Below, piece after piece: positions 48,410 through 58,054 of a stretch of 64,000 bases of DNA (position 1 is its first letter; the number at the start of each line of letters is the position of its first letter). The DNA is from Planctomycetota bacterium (GTDB lineage: Bacteria > Planctomycetota > B15-G4 > JADJEK01): contig JBGAIQ010000017.1 in NCBI GenBank assembly GCA_044225365.1, forward strand, positions 1-64,000. The letters are read 5' to 3'. Made by a program: the position numbers and the translations under genes. The notes below the pieces were generated by a model that was not told where the DNA came from, did not search any database, and was given only the letters and a program-made list of their open reading frames with translations.

Positions 48410-50344
48410 ATGGGCGAGCAGAACCTCAACAAGAACTCCGACGATCGCGAACTCCGCGAATTCATGCGGGCGATCCTCGACGACGTCCGCGCCCTCGAAC
48501 GCATGATCGAGGCGGGGATGATCGAGAAGGGCGTGCGTCGCATCGGCGCCGAGCAGGAGATCTTCCTGGTCGACCGGGCGTACCGTCCGGCGAACCTCGC
48601 GATGGAGATGCTGCAGAAGCTGAACCATCCCCAGTTCGTGACGGAGCTCGCGCAGTTCAACCTCGAGTGCAATCTCTCGCCGCAGATGCTCGCCGGTCGA
48701 GGGCTCTTCGAGCTCGAGAAGGAGATGAACGAACTCCTCGAGAAGGCGCGCCTCGCAGCGCGTGAACTCGGGGCCTTCACGGTGATCACCGGCATCCTCC
48801 CGACGGTACAGCAGACCGATCTCGGCATGGACGCGATGACGCCGAAGATCCGCTATCGCCAGCTCAACGATGCAATGCGGGCGATGCGTGGCGGCAAGTT
48901 CCGCGCCGTCATCAAGGGACTCGACGAGCTCAACGTCACGCACGACAACGTGCTGTTCGAGGCCTGCAATACGAGTTTCCAGGTGCACTTCCAGTGCGCC
49001 GCGGACGAGTTCGCGCGCTTCTACAACCTCGCGCAGACGATCACGGGGCCGATCATCGCCTCGGCGGGCAACTCGCCGATCGTGCTCGGCCATCGATTGT
49101 GGCACGAGACGCGGATCGCGCTGTTCCAGCAATCGGTCGACGAGCGTTCCGACGCGATGCAGCATCGCGGCCGGCGCCCGCGCGTCAGCTTCGGCGACGC
49201 CTGGGTGAAGGATTCGGTCCTCGAGATCTTCCGTGAAGACATCGCGCGCTTCCGCCTCGTGCTCACCACCGAACTCGGCGAACCCTCGACGCAGATCCTC
49301 GATCGCGGAGGCATTCCGGAGCTGACCGCGCTGCGCCTGCACAACGGAACGGTGTACCGCTGGAATCGGCCGTGCTACGGCGTCCGCGACGGCAAGGCGC
49401 ATCTGCGTATCGAAGCGCGCGCGCTGCCCGCCGGGCCGACCGTGCTCGACGAGATGAGCAACGGCGCGTTCTTCTTCGGGCTCATGTCGGCGATCGCCGA
49501 GGAGCACAAGGACATCACGAAGGTGATGAAGTTCGAGGACGCGCAGAACAACTTCTTCCTGTCTGCGCGACACGGTCTCGATGCCCGCCTCAACTGGTTC
49601 GGCAGTCGGCCGGTGATCGCCCGCGACCTCATCCTCAACGAACTCCTGCCGCTCGCCCGCTCCGGGCTCGAACTGCAGAAGGTCCACGGTCCCGACATCG
49701 ATCGCTATCTCGGCACGATCGAGCAGCGCATCCGCCGCAATCGAACGGGCGCGCAGTGGATGCTCGATTCGTACGCCTCCATGGATCAGGTTCACGCCGG
49801 CTCGCGCGACGAGCGTTGCCGCTCGCTCGTCCAGTCGATCATCGAGCAGCAGGGCAGCGGCAAGCCCGTCCACGAGTGGGAGCTCGCGAAGATCAGCGGC
49901 GCGGACTGGCGCGGAAGCTACCGCACCGTCGAACAGGTGATGACGCGCGATCTCTTCACGGTGCATCCCGAAGACGTCGTCGACCTCGTCGCGAGCCTCA
50001 TGGACTGGAAGCACGTCCGTCACGTCCCGGTCGAGGACAACGAAGGTCGCCTTATCGGACTCGTCTCGCACCGCACGGTGCTGCGCCTCGTCGCGAACGG
50101 ACTCCTGACGCCGGACGCGAAGGCCGAGCCCGTCGCAGTCCGTGAGATCATGAAGCCGTCGCCGATCTCGATCCGCCCCGACACGCCGGTGCTCGATGCG
50201 ATCGCCGAGATGCGCCGTCATCGAGTGAGCTGTCTGCCCGTCACCAACGAAGACGGCAAGCTCGTCGGCATCGTGACCGAGCGCGATTTCCTCGACGTCG
50301 CCGCGCGGCTGTTCGAACAGCAATTGCGCGAAGGAAGCCTCTGA
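48410..50344 (+). CDS. Glutamate-cysteine ligase (GCS2)-like protein with a C-terminal CBS pair
   Basis: IGAEQE, TELAQFNLE, EACNTSFQVH, LHNGTVYRWNRPCY, LRIEARALPAGPT; two CBS repeats. Confidence 0.85.
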   Translation: MGEQNLNKNSDDRELREFMRAILDDVRALERMIEAGMIEKGVRRIGAEQEIFLVDRAYRPANLAMEMLQKLNHPQFVTELAQFNLECNLSPQMLAGRGLFELEKEMNELLEKARLAARELGAFTVITGILPTVQQTDLGMDAMTPKIRYRQLNDAMRAMRGGKFRAVIKGLDELNVTHDNVLFEACNTSFQVHFQCAADEFARFYNLAQTITGPIIASAGNSPIVLGHRLWHETRIALFQQSVDERSDAMQHRGRRPRVSFGDAWVKDSVLEIFREDIARFRLVLTTELGEPSTQILDRGGIPELTALRLHNGTVYRWNRPCYGVRDGKAHLRIEARALPAGPTVLDEMSNGAFFFGLMSAIAEEHKDITKVMKFEDAQNNFFLSARHGLDARLNWFGSRPVIARDLILNELLPLARSGLELQKVHGPDIDRYLGTIEQRIRRNRTGAQWMLDSYASMDQVHAGSRDERCRSLVQSIIEQQGSGKPVHEWELAKISGADWRGSYRTVEQVMTRDLFTVHPEDVVDLVASLMDWKHVRHVPVEDNEGRLIGLVSHRTVLRLVANGLLTPDAKAEPVAVREIMKPSPISIRPDTPVLDAIAEMRRHRVSCLPVTNEDGKLVGIVTERDFLDVAARLFEQQLREGSL

Positions 50345-50359
50345 TCGAGTCGCGACTCG

Positions 50360-51118
50360 TCAGCGTTTCTTGTGCTTCGAACCCTTGAAGATCGACTTGA
50401 GGCCGTCGAGGTCGATCGTCTCGCCGCTGAGGACGTTGCCCAGGTCCGTGGGGAGGCCCGCTCGGGTCGACGCGCTCGCGGAGATCGCGCCGAACACTTG
50501 CTCGAGGATCCCCGCGAAGTCGACGGGCTGGCGCTCGCCGTTCGCGCCGGTGTTTCCGATGTCCTCGAGGGTGATCGTCGGAAGAGTGAAGGTCAGGTCG
50601 GCCTTCAGAAACGCGTCGGCCGACACATGGACCTGCGCTTCCTCGATGACGATGCGTTCGACGAGGAACTGTCGTTTCTCATCGGGCTCGCGGTCCGCAC
50701 GCGCGCGGCGAGGTTCGTGCGCACGCTTTTCGCGCCGTGATTCGAGCCGCTTCAGGAAGTGGCCGAGGTTCGAACCACCCTTGCCGATCTCGAGCGTGAT
50801 CTCGGGGCGCTGGACGTGGATCTCGTCGAGCGTGATGACGTCGGAGAGGAGCGACGTGATCTTGCAGTCGACGCCGACGTCCTCGATGCGGACGCACTTC
50901 ACCGTCTTGAATCCTTGAGGCCCGGACACTTCGATGCCGCCGATGTCGAGTTGCCCCGCGAGCAGCCCGACGGTGATCGACTGGCACGAGAACGGTACAC
51001 CGAGCGCGGCGGTGCCCGCGGCGGAGATGCCGTCGACGATCAACTTGCCGATGAAGGTCTTCGCGCCCCAGGTCGTACCGATGAGCACGAGAACGAGGGT
51101 GATGAAGAATCGTTTCAT
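50360..51118 (-). CDS. AsmA/DUF748-like protein
   Basis: N-terminal anchor and beta-rich pattern (SLLSDVITLDEIHVQRPEITLE..SNL). Confidence 0.7.
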   Translation of the reverse strand: MKRFFITLVLVLIGTTWGAKTFIGKLIVDGISAAGTAALGVPFSCQSITVGLLAGQLDIGGIEVSGPQGFKTVKCVRIEDVGVDCKITSLLSDVITLDEIHVQRPEITLEIGKGGSNLGHFLKRLESRREKRAHEPRRARADREPDEKRQFLVERIVIEEAQVHVSADAFLKADLTFTLPTITLEDIGNTGANGERQPVDFAGILEQVFGAISASASTRAGLPTDLGNVLSGETIDLDGLKSIFKGSKHKKR

Positions 51119-51157
51119 GGGGCCTTTCCGGAGACGGCGATACGGCGCGACGGGCGA

Positions 51158-52795
51158 TCAGCGCGTCAGCTTCACGACCTTGACGTCGGAGCGACTCTCG
51201 TTTCCGGCGGTGTCGCGGGCGACGATGCGGATGCCGAGGCGCGTTGCGTTCGCGGGCGCGGCGTCCTTGATGACGCAACGCCATTGCGAGCCGCCCATGA
51301 AGCGCGCCTCGCCTTCCTGGCTGGGCTCGAGCGTGGCGTCGGCGTCGGTTCCGAAGGCGAACAGGCAACGCAGAGTGAGCCAGGTGCGGCCGTCGTCGAG
51401 CGAGTCATCGCGCGCGCGCACGCGCAGGACGAAGGGGCCCGCGGCGGGAGATGGATCGGGCAACGACTCGATCGCCTGGATGCGCGGGGCGAGGTGGTCC
51501 TTCGGGCCTTCGTTCACGTAGAGGCCGCAGGGAGGTTGTTTCGCGCCGATGCGCTCGAGGCCGTTCGCCGTGACGAGATCGTAGTCGCCGTCGTTGTCGA
51601 GATCGGCGACGCCGATGTCGAGCGTCGGATCCTTGACGGCTTCGATGACGCCGTCGGCGAGTTCGAACTTCAGGTCGCCCGAGTTCTTCAGGAGTTTCTC
51701 GCGCGGGCCGAGGGAGCCGACGACGACGTCGAGGTCGCCGTCCTGGTCGTAGTCGAGGAAGACGAGGTCGTTGTCGTCGTCCTGCGTGATCGCGGCGCCG
51801 GATTCGAACTTCGCGTGGCCGGTTTCCTTCAGCAGGTTCTTCGCGGGGCCTTCGCCGAAGGGGAAGTTTCGGTCCGGGCCGTCGACCTTGGCGAGACTGA
51901 TGAAGAAGAGGTCCTCGTCGCCATCACCGTCGAGGTCGGCGTCGTCGGCTTCGTACACCTCGCCGCTCGTGACGGGGAGCGCGTCGCTGCCGTCCGTGAA
52001 GTTGCCCTTGCCGTCGTTCCACATGAGGTAGTGGCCGAGTCCGCGATCCTCCGCCTTGTTCGGACCGAAGAAGTCGAGGTCGAAATCGCCGTCGAGGTCG
52101 CAGAGATTGATGCCCTGATGCGTCGTCTTCACGGTGGCGGGGAACTGCTCGTGGGTCGATTCCTTGAAGAAGCCCTTCCCATCGTTGAGGTAGAGGCGCG
52201 GTTTGCCGCCCGGGAAGTCCGCCCACTTCGGGCCGGTGTCGGCGATCAGGAGGTCGAGGTCGCCGTCGTTGTCGATGTCACCGAAATCGGCGCTGGCCGA
52301 GGAGAGCGCCTCGGTGAGGCCGCGCTCGTCGCTCTGCATCGAGAAGAAGCCGGGCTTCTTGGCGCCGCGATTGATGTACAGGTAGGGCGGAGCGCGGTTG
52401 AAACCGTTGCAGTAGAGGAGGTCGAGGAAGCCGTCGGCGTCGACGTCGGCGGTGAGGACATCGCGTGCGTTCGATTCCTCGTTGCCGAGGCGGGCGACGC
52501 TGACGTCTTCGAACGTCATCGGGCCCTTGTCGAGGGCGTTCAGGAAGAGCGCGTTCTGGTGGCGCCGACCCGGGCGGTCCCAACCCTCGCCGCGCGCGAA
52601 GAGGACGTCGATGTCGCCGTCGTTGTCGATGTCGCCGAATCCGACTCCTTCCGTCCAGAAGGTCTCGGTTCCGAAGGCGTCCTTCACGAAGCGAAACTGA
52701 GGCTTGGCGGGCCCCGGCTCGGGCGGCTTCTCCGTGGCGGGGGCTTGGAACACGACGAAGAGGAACGGCGCGGCCGCGCCAAGGAGTGGGCTCAT
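51158..52795 (-). CDS. VCBS/FG-GAP repeat protein
   Basis: About seven GD(I/L)DNDGDxD repeats, each followed by L(Y/F)LN. Confidence 0.85.
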   Translation of the reverse strand: MSPLLGAAAPFLFVVFQAPATEKPPEPGPAKPQFRFVKDAFGTETFWTEGVGFGDIDNDGDIDVLFARGEGWDRPGRRHQNALFLNALDKGPMTFEDVSVARLGNEESNARDVLTADVDADGFLDLLYCNGFNRAPPYLYINRGAKKPGFFSMQSDERGLTEALSSASADFGDIDNDGDLDLLIADTGPKWADFPGGKPRLYLNDGKGFFKESTHEQFPATVKTTHQGINLCDLDGDFDLDFFGPNKAEDRGLGHYLMWNDGKGNFTDGSDALPVTSGEVYEADDADLDGDGDEDLFFISLAKVDGPDRNFPFGEGPAKNLLKETGHAKFESGAAITQDDDNDLVFLDYDQDGDLDVVVGSLGPREKLLKNSGDLKFELADGVIEAVKDPTLDIGVADLDNDGDYDLVTANGLERIGAKQPPCGLYVNEGPKDHLAPRIQAIESLPDPSPAAGPFVLRVRARDDSLDDGRTWLTLRCLFAFGTDADATLEPSQEGEARFMGGSQWRCVIKDAAPANATRLGIRIVARDTAGNESRSDVKVVKLTR

Positions 52796-52838
52796 GGGCG
52801 CAGAATCTACGGATCCAAGGTGAAAACCGCGACGACTT

Positions 52839-52942
52839 TGACCCGCGGCGGCGGCGGCTGCGATCCGTGACCGCCGGCGGCGGCGGCTGCGATCCGTGAC
52901 CGCCAAAGGCCGGCGGCGGCGGCTGCGATCCGTAACCGCCGG
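52839..52942. repeat. Tandem ~29-bp repeat (three copies plus a partial)
   Basis: Unit TGACCGCCGGCGGCGGCGGCTGCGATCCG at 52839 (variant), 52868 and 52897 (with a 7-nt insertion), partial at 52933. Confidence 0.88.
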
Positions 52943-53071
52943 TTCGCGGGGGCGGTTTCGCAGGCCGAGATGGGCAGGATTGCGAAACTGGGTTATTTAT
53001 ACTGGATTGGCGGGTGCCCGGCGGCGATCGCTGCGAGTCCCGACCCGAATGCCTGCTTGCGGAGAACGTCC

Positions 53072-54445
53072 ATGGTCTCGAGTCTCATGATGCTCGCACT
53101 TCTCCTGGCTCCGACCGAACCTGCCGCGGCGGCGAAAGCGCGCGTCGCGCTCGAGGGCGAGTACCTCGAGGTTCGAACCTGCGACGTCTACACAGGGCCC
53201 TGCTTCGCCAACGCCGAAGTGAACGAAGTCGGCAAGGAAGCAACCGTCGCCTGGAAGTTCACCGCTGGCGATCGCGACGGCGTGGCGCTCGATGGCAAGA
53301 GCGTCGTCGCCGTGATTCGCAATCTGAACACGCTCGGGAAGCCACGGACCGAAGTGAAGGCGCTGGAAACGGCGATCTTCGTCGATTCGACGGCGACCGG
53401 GGCGCAGCAGGCCGCGCTGGCTGCATTCGCGAAGGAGCGTCTCGGGGCCTATTCCACCGCCGAACCGTCGGTACGCGCCGTTCCGATCGAGATGGAGACC
53501 GGCTGCTGCGCGAAGAAGGGTTGCGCGAAGATGCGGGCCGGCACCGAGCTCGCGATCGACACGCGCTGCGTGTGCGAACTCGACAAGCACTGTGGTAACG
53601 AGACCCTCTTCTATCCCCCGTTGACGCAAGGCGTCGAAGTCATCCCGGCGGTAGCGACCGAGCACACCGTTCGCACCGACCTCATCTCGGTTCAGTTCTC
53701 CGATCGCGAATCGCGCGGCGCGATGACCGGCCACTTCCAAGTGATCGCGGACGACACGAAATCGGGCACGCCAACGAGCCAGCAGGCCGACACCGACAAG
53801 AAGGTCGCTCCCGCGAGCGGCACGTTCGAACTCCAGTCGCTCGACACCGAAGCGCTGCCGAAGGAAGTCCCGGACGCGTTCCAAAAGGTCGTGGGCAAGC
53901 AATGCCTCCGGCTCGTCGGCGCGGACAAGAAGCCGGTCTACGACCTCTGGCTGCGCTCGGAGATCGCGTTCAACGACAAGGTGAAGCCCAGCCTCGCGAT
54001 CAAGTTCGGGCAGATTCCGCTCGGCGAACTCGTCGGGGTGATCCGCACCTACGGCGGAACCAAGGACTTTCGAGACGACGCGGTGAAGGCCGGCGTCTTC
54101 GCGCTGCGCTACGCCATCCAGCCCGAGAACGGCAACCACATGGGCACGGCGCCGAATCGCGATTTCTTCCTGTGCACGTCGTTCGCGGACGACACCAGCG
54201 TGGACGCGATCTCCGACATGAAGAAGCTCGGCGAGATGTCGATCGACGCCGGCGGGGAGCACCCCATCTGCTTCCACATGCGACCCGTCGACGGCGAAGC
54301 GCCCAAGACCGCGACCCTTCGCCACGACGAGGAGAAGAACCTCTGGATCGCCGACCTCGTGCTCGCCGGCAAGGCGGGCGAGAAGAAGGAGGCGACGAAG
54401 GTTCGTTTCGGTCTCGTCTTGATCGGAGTCTCCGAGAGTCTGTAA
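53072..54445 (+). CDS. Exported DUF1326-like Cys-rich protein fused to a second domain
   Basis: GEYLEVRTCDVYTGPCFAN; further Cys clusters; linker, then a domain containing QPENGNHMG. Confidence 0.7.
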   Translation: MVSSLMMLALLLAPTEPAAAAKARVALEGEYLEVRTCDVYTGPCFANAEVNEVGKEATVAWKFTAGDRDGVALDGKSVVAVIRNLNTLGKPRTEVKALETAIFVDSTATGAQQAALAAFAKERLGAYSTAEPSVRAVPIEMETGCCAKKGCAKMRAGTELAIDTRCVCELDKHCGNETLFYPPLTQGVEVIPAVATEHTVRTDLISVQFSDRESRGAMTGHFQVIADDTKSGTPTSQQADTDKKVAPASGTFELQSLDTEALPKEVPDAFQKVVGKQCLRLVGADKKPVYDLWLRSEIAFNDKVKPSLAIKFGQIPLGELVGVIRTYGGTKDFRDDAVKAGVFALRYAIQPENGNHMGTAPNRDFFLCTSFADDTSVDAISDMKKLGEMSIDAGGEHPICFHMRPVDGEAPKTATLRHDEEKNLWIADLVLAGKAGEKKEATKVRFGLVLIGVSESL

Positions 54446-54452
54446 TCGCGGA

Positions 54453-55358
54453 GTGATGTTCCGCGCCCGAGGTCTCTTCGCCATCCTCGTGTCGTTCGTG
54501 CCGTTCGCCGCCTGCTCGAATCGGCCGGACGACGTCTCGTACGGCCCCTATCGTTCATTGATCGAGATCGTCGCGGAAATCGATTCCGCGCGCGACGCGG
54601 ACATCTATCGCTTCGAGCCGCCGCGCGATGTCACCGGGGAGAACCTGTTCCGAGCCAGCCTTGCTCGCCTTGCCAAGCTCGAAGAACTCGTCGCGGATCC
54701 CGCCTTGAAGCCTGCGATCTCTTTCGCACGGGCTGAGGCCTCCGAGCGACTCCTCGATTTCGGAACCGCGGCGAAGCTCTACGCCGAAGTCGCGAACGGG
54801 AAGAGCGGTCTCGCCGCGAAGTCCGCGAAGGCGCTGCCGTTCGCGAAGCGCCTCGCCGAACTCACCGAGCCATTCCCCGAACAGGCGACGCCTGCGGACA
54901 TCTTGGGCCCCATCGAGCGAAGGCGTTCCGATCTCGTCGCGGAGCGCGACGCATGGAAGTCGGATCCTCGCAAGTGTCTCGTCGACGTCGCGATCGAACA
55001 GCTCGACGTGCGGCGTCGAGAGTTCCTGTGGAAGTTCCGAGCCGCGCTTCCGGATGGCACGAATCAGGCCATCGACGCCGGGGAGAAGGTCGCGAGGAAT
55101 CACGCCGAGAGTCGTCGACTGCTCGAGCATCTGCTTCGACTCGGCGACATGTATGCCGAACTCGTCAACTCACAACTCTCGATCGTCGACCCGCACGATC
55201 ACGCGTTCGATGCCTCACGAGCCCGAAACCTGATCCAGGCCGCGGCGCAGGTCTATGCCGAGGTCGCCGCCGTCGATGGTCGGATCGAACGCGAGGAGGC
55301 TCGCGCGAAACTCGCTGCCCTCGACGCGCTCGAAGCGAGATTCAAACCGGGAAAGTGA
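54453..55358 (+). CDS. Hypothetical helical (TPR-like) lipoprotein
   Basis: Lipobox FAAC, alanine-rich helices; 7 nt downstream of the previous gene. Confidence 0.65.
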   Translation: MMFRARGLFAILVSFVPFAACSNRPDDVSYGPYRSLIEIVAEIDSARDADIYRFEPPRDVTGENLFRASLARLAKLEELVADPALKPAISFARAEASERLLDFGTAAKLYAEVANGKSGLAAKSAKALPFAKRLAELTEPFPEQATPADILGPIERRRSDLVAERDAWKSDPRKCLVDVAIEQLDVRRREFLWKFRAALPDGTNQAIDAGEKVARNHAESRRLLEHLLRLGDMYAELVNSQLSIVDPHDHAFDASRARNLIQAAAQVYAEVAAVDGRIEREEARAKLAALDALEARFKPGK

Positions 55359-55388
55359 CACGAGACGTCGTGGCCGAGCCGACGTCTC

Positions 55389-57395
55389 TCAGGCCCCGGC
55401 GAATACCGTGACGCGATTTCGCCCGTTGTGCTTGCTCGTATAGAGCGCCTCGTCCGCGGCCTTCAGGAGGTCGTCGTAGTGGCGCATCGAGTGCACTCGT
55501 TCAGCGACCCCGACGCTGATCGTCACGCACTGATCGAAGGTCTTGAACTGGATCTTGTGAGCCGCGACGGTTGCGCGGAGGCGCTCCGCGATCTGCGTCG
55601 TGCTCGGAAGATCGGCACCGGGACAGATCACGACGAATTCTTCGCCGCCGAGTCGGCACACACGATCGCTCGCGCGCAGGTTTCGGGCGAGCGTCTGACT
55701 CACTTCCTTGAGGACGATGTCGCCGACGTCGTGGCCGAAGCCATCGTTGACCTTCTTGAAGAAGTCGATGTCGATTCCGATCACGCAGCAGCGGTCCTCG
55801 GAAGCCGGATTGACGAACACTTCCTCGAGCAGCTTGATCGCGAATCGACGATTCGGGAGGTTCGTGAGTGCGTCCGTGACGGCCGTTTGTCGCAACTTGC
55901 GATTGAGGATCGCCATCTGCGCGAGTTGGTCGCGCATGCGGACGTGATCGCGTTCGACGCGATCCTGAAGGCGCGCGAGTCGCTCGCCGGCGGTAACTCG
56001 AGCGAGGAGGACCGGCGGATTGATCGGCTTCGACACGTAGTCGTCGGCGCCGGCCTCGAATGCCTTGATGACGTGGGCTTCGTCGTCGATTCCCGTGAGC
56101 ACGAGCACGTACATCTTGCGCCCGATCTCGGTATCGCGGAGTCGGGCGCATACGGCCACGCCGTCGAGTTCCGGCATCTGCCAGTCCGTCACGACGATGT
56201 GCGGATTGTGTTCGAGAGCCTGAGCAAGGGCCTCCTTGCCGTCCTTCGCCTCGATGACCTGGAAGCCGACCTTCTTCAGGTGGGAACCCAGGACTCGGCG
56301 CGTGATCGGATCGTCGTCCGCGATCAGTACGGTCATCTGATTGCGCGTGAGCTCTTCGTTCTTCCAGCGCTCGAACGTGGCTTCGATCGACTGATCGGTG
56401 GACTTGCGAGCAGAAGTCGGTGCCGAGGCGACGGTCTTCGCCGCGGGCGTCGCGGCGGCCGGCGGGACCGGTGCGCTCGCGTTCTGCTTCGCGACCTCGG
56501 CGAGTTCCTTCAGCGCCGAAACTCGTTGCGTCGTGAGGCCGAGCAGCTTGCCCCAGTCCTGCCACTCGCGGGCAGCGATATCGCAGATTCGATACAGCTC
56601 GTCGAGTTCCAGGCCCGGCTCTTCGCGGCAAACCGCATGGAGGCGTTCGATGGGGGGCGCGATGTCCTTCAGCTGCGCCATGAAGACCTGTGCTGCCGGG
56701 AAGGCGAGGCGCAGGATGCGCCGGAGCTTGGCGGCAAGCGGGGGCCCTCCGACCTTGGGCACCGAGCGTTGTCCGACCGACGCGACCGCTTCGCGATGAG
56801 GTTCCGGCAAGCGCCAGTCCTGGAGCATCGCGGCCGCGACTTCGCGGTGATTGATGCCGAACCGTTCGGACTCGAGTGTTGCGATCTGATCGTCGGTCGC
56901 CGTGCTCTGCGCGAGGATCATCTCGCCGTAGGGTTGTGGATGCACCGTTGCGAGCGCGAGCTTGCCGATCGTGGCGAGCAATCCGCAGATGTAGGCCTCG
57001 GCCGGCTGCGCCATTCGCGTCTCGCGCGCAATCGTCTGCGCGATGATCGCGCGGGCGAGCGCTTCGGACCAGAATCGATTGAAGTCGAAGTTGTTGCAGC
57101 GACCCGTGCGGTAACTCGAGACGAGCGAGAATCCGAGCGCCACGTTGCGTACCGCGGAGACGCCGAGACGCACGACCGCCTCGCCGACCGTCGCGATCTC
57201 CTTGACGCCGCCGACCTGTGCACTGTTCGACATCTTGAGGAGTCGGCCCGTGAGCGCCGGGTCCGACTGGATCGTCTGCGCCAGTTGCTCGGCGGAGAAG
57301 TCCTCGTTCTGTGTGAGTTGGAGGATCTGCAGTCCCACGCCGGATGGCGACGGCAGATTTCCGGTGAGCTTGAGTTCGTCGAAGGTCGGATTCAT
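55389..57395 (-). CDS. HDOD-REC-GGDEF diguanylate cyclase
   Basis: HDOD (LPSPS, DPALTGRLLKMSNS), REC (TDWQMP), GGDEF domain (DIDFFKKVND, RASD I-site, RLGGEEF). Confidence 0.92.
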   Translation of the reverse strand: MNPTFDELKLTGNLPSPSGVGLQILQLTQNEDFSAEQLAQTIQSDPALTGRLLKMSNSAQVGGVKEIATVGEAVVRLGVSAVRNVALGFSLVSSYRTGRCNNFDFNRFWSEALARAIIAQTIARETRMAQPAEAYICGLLATIGKLALATVHPQPYGEMILAQSTATDDQIATLESERFGINHREVAAAMLQDWRLPEPHREAVASVGQRSVPKVGGPPLAAKLRRILRLAFPAAQVFMAQLKDIAPPIERLHAVCREEPGLELDELYRICDIAAREWQDWGKLLGLTTQRVSALKELAEVAKQNASAPVPPAAATPAAKTVASAPTSARKSTDQSIEATFERWKNEELTRNQMTVLIADDDPITRRVLGSHLKKVGFQVIEAKDGKEALAQALEHNPHIVVTDWQMPELDGVAVCARLRDTEIGRKMYVLVLTGIDDEAHVIKAFEAGADDYVSKPINPPVLLARVTAGERLARLQDRVERDHVRMRDQLAQMAILNRKLRQTAVTDALTNLPNRRFAIKLLEEVFVNPASEDRCCVIGIDIDFFKKVNDGFGHDVGDIVLKEVSQTLARNLRASDRVCRLGGEEFVVICPGADLPSTTQIAERLRATVAAHKIQFKTFDQCVTISVGVAERVHSMRHYDDLLKAADEALYTSKHNGRNRVTVFAGA

Positions 57396-57454
57396 GTTCA
57401 CTTCGGGTGCCCTACACGACGTTGGCGGTTTCAGAACGGGACCGGCGCGGAATC

Positions 57455-57835
57455 TCAGCCATCGATCTTGCGAAGCGCGGCTCCCGCGCTCTCGAACTCT
57501 CGCATCGCTTTCATGACGAGGGGTTCGACGCCTTCGAGGTTGCCCGTGCGACCGCGTTGTTCGAGTTCCTTGCAGAGCTCGGCGAGGATGCGAGCACCCA
57601 TGTTCCCAGCACTCGACTTCAAGCCGTGAGCGGCTCGCTCGAGCGCCTCCGCTTGCGCAGCCTTCGCGGCAAGGCTCATCGCCTCGAGGCGCGGGGGAGA
57701 ATCGGCGAGGAACGTTTCGACGAGCTCTTTGAAGAGCGTCGGATCCGAATCTCCAAGGTCGAGCAGCGACTTGATGACCTCGGCGTCGAGACACTCGGGA
57801 AGAGTCGACAGAGCAGGGTATTCTTTGTCCGACAT
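57455..57835 (-). CDS. Stand-alone Hpt phosphotransfer protein
   Basis: AHGLKSSAGNMGA motif; GGAGG Shine-Dalgarno. Confidence 0.88.
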   Translation of the reverse strand: MSDKEYPALSTLPECLDAEVIKSLLDLGDSDPTLFKELVETFLADSPPRLEAMSLAAKAAQAEALERAAHGLKSSAGNMGARILAELCKELEQRGRTGNLEGVEPLVMKAMREFESAGAALRKIDG

Positions 57836-58054
57836 TGCTCGGCTCACCTCCGTCGGGGTGGATCTCCCTCTCCTATCGGCGATCGAAGTCCTTGAACTCG
57901 ATCGGAACGATTCAGGAAAGATCCTCACGCCACTCGCATTCTCTCGAGTTGCATCGCTGAAACATATCGACGCGAATCGGGCGCTTCCTGAAGACGCGAT
58001 CGCGATGGTGAGAACTTTTCTGCCGAATCGGGACGCGTCGGTCGCAGCAGCCGT

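Noticed and set aside
52839-52942. Mini CRISPR array
   Set aside because: The units are directly adjacent with no unique spacers.
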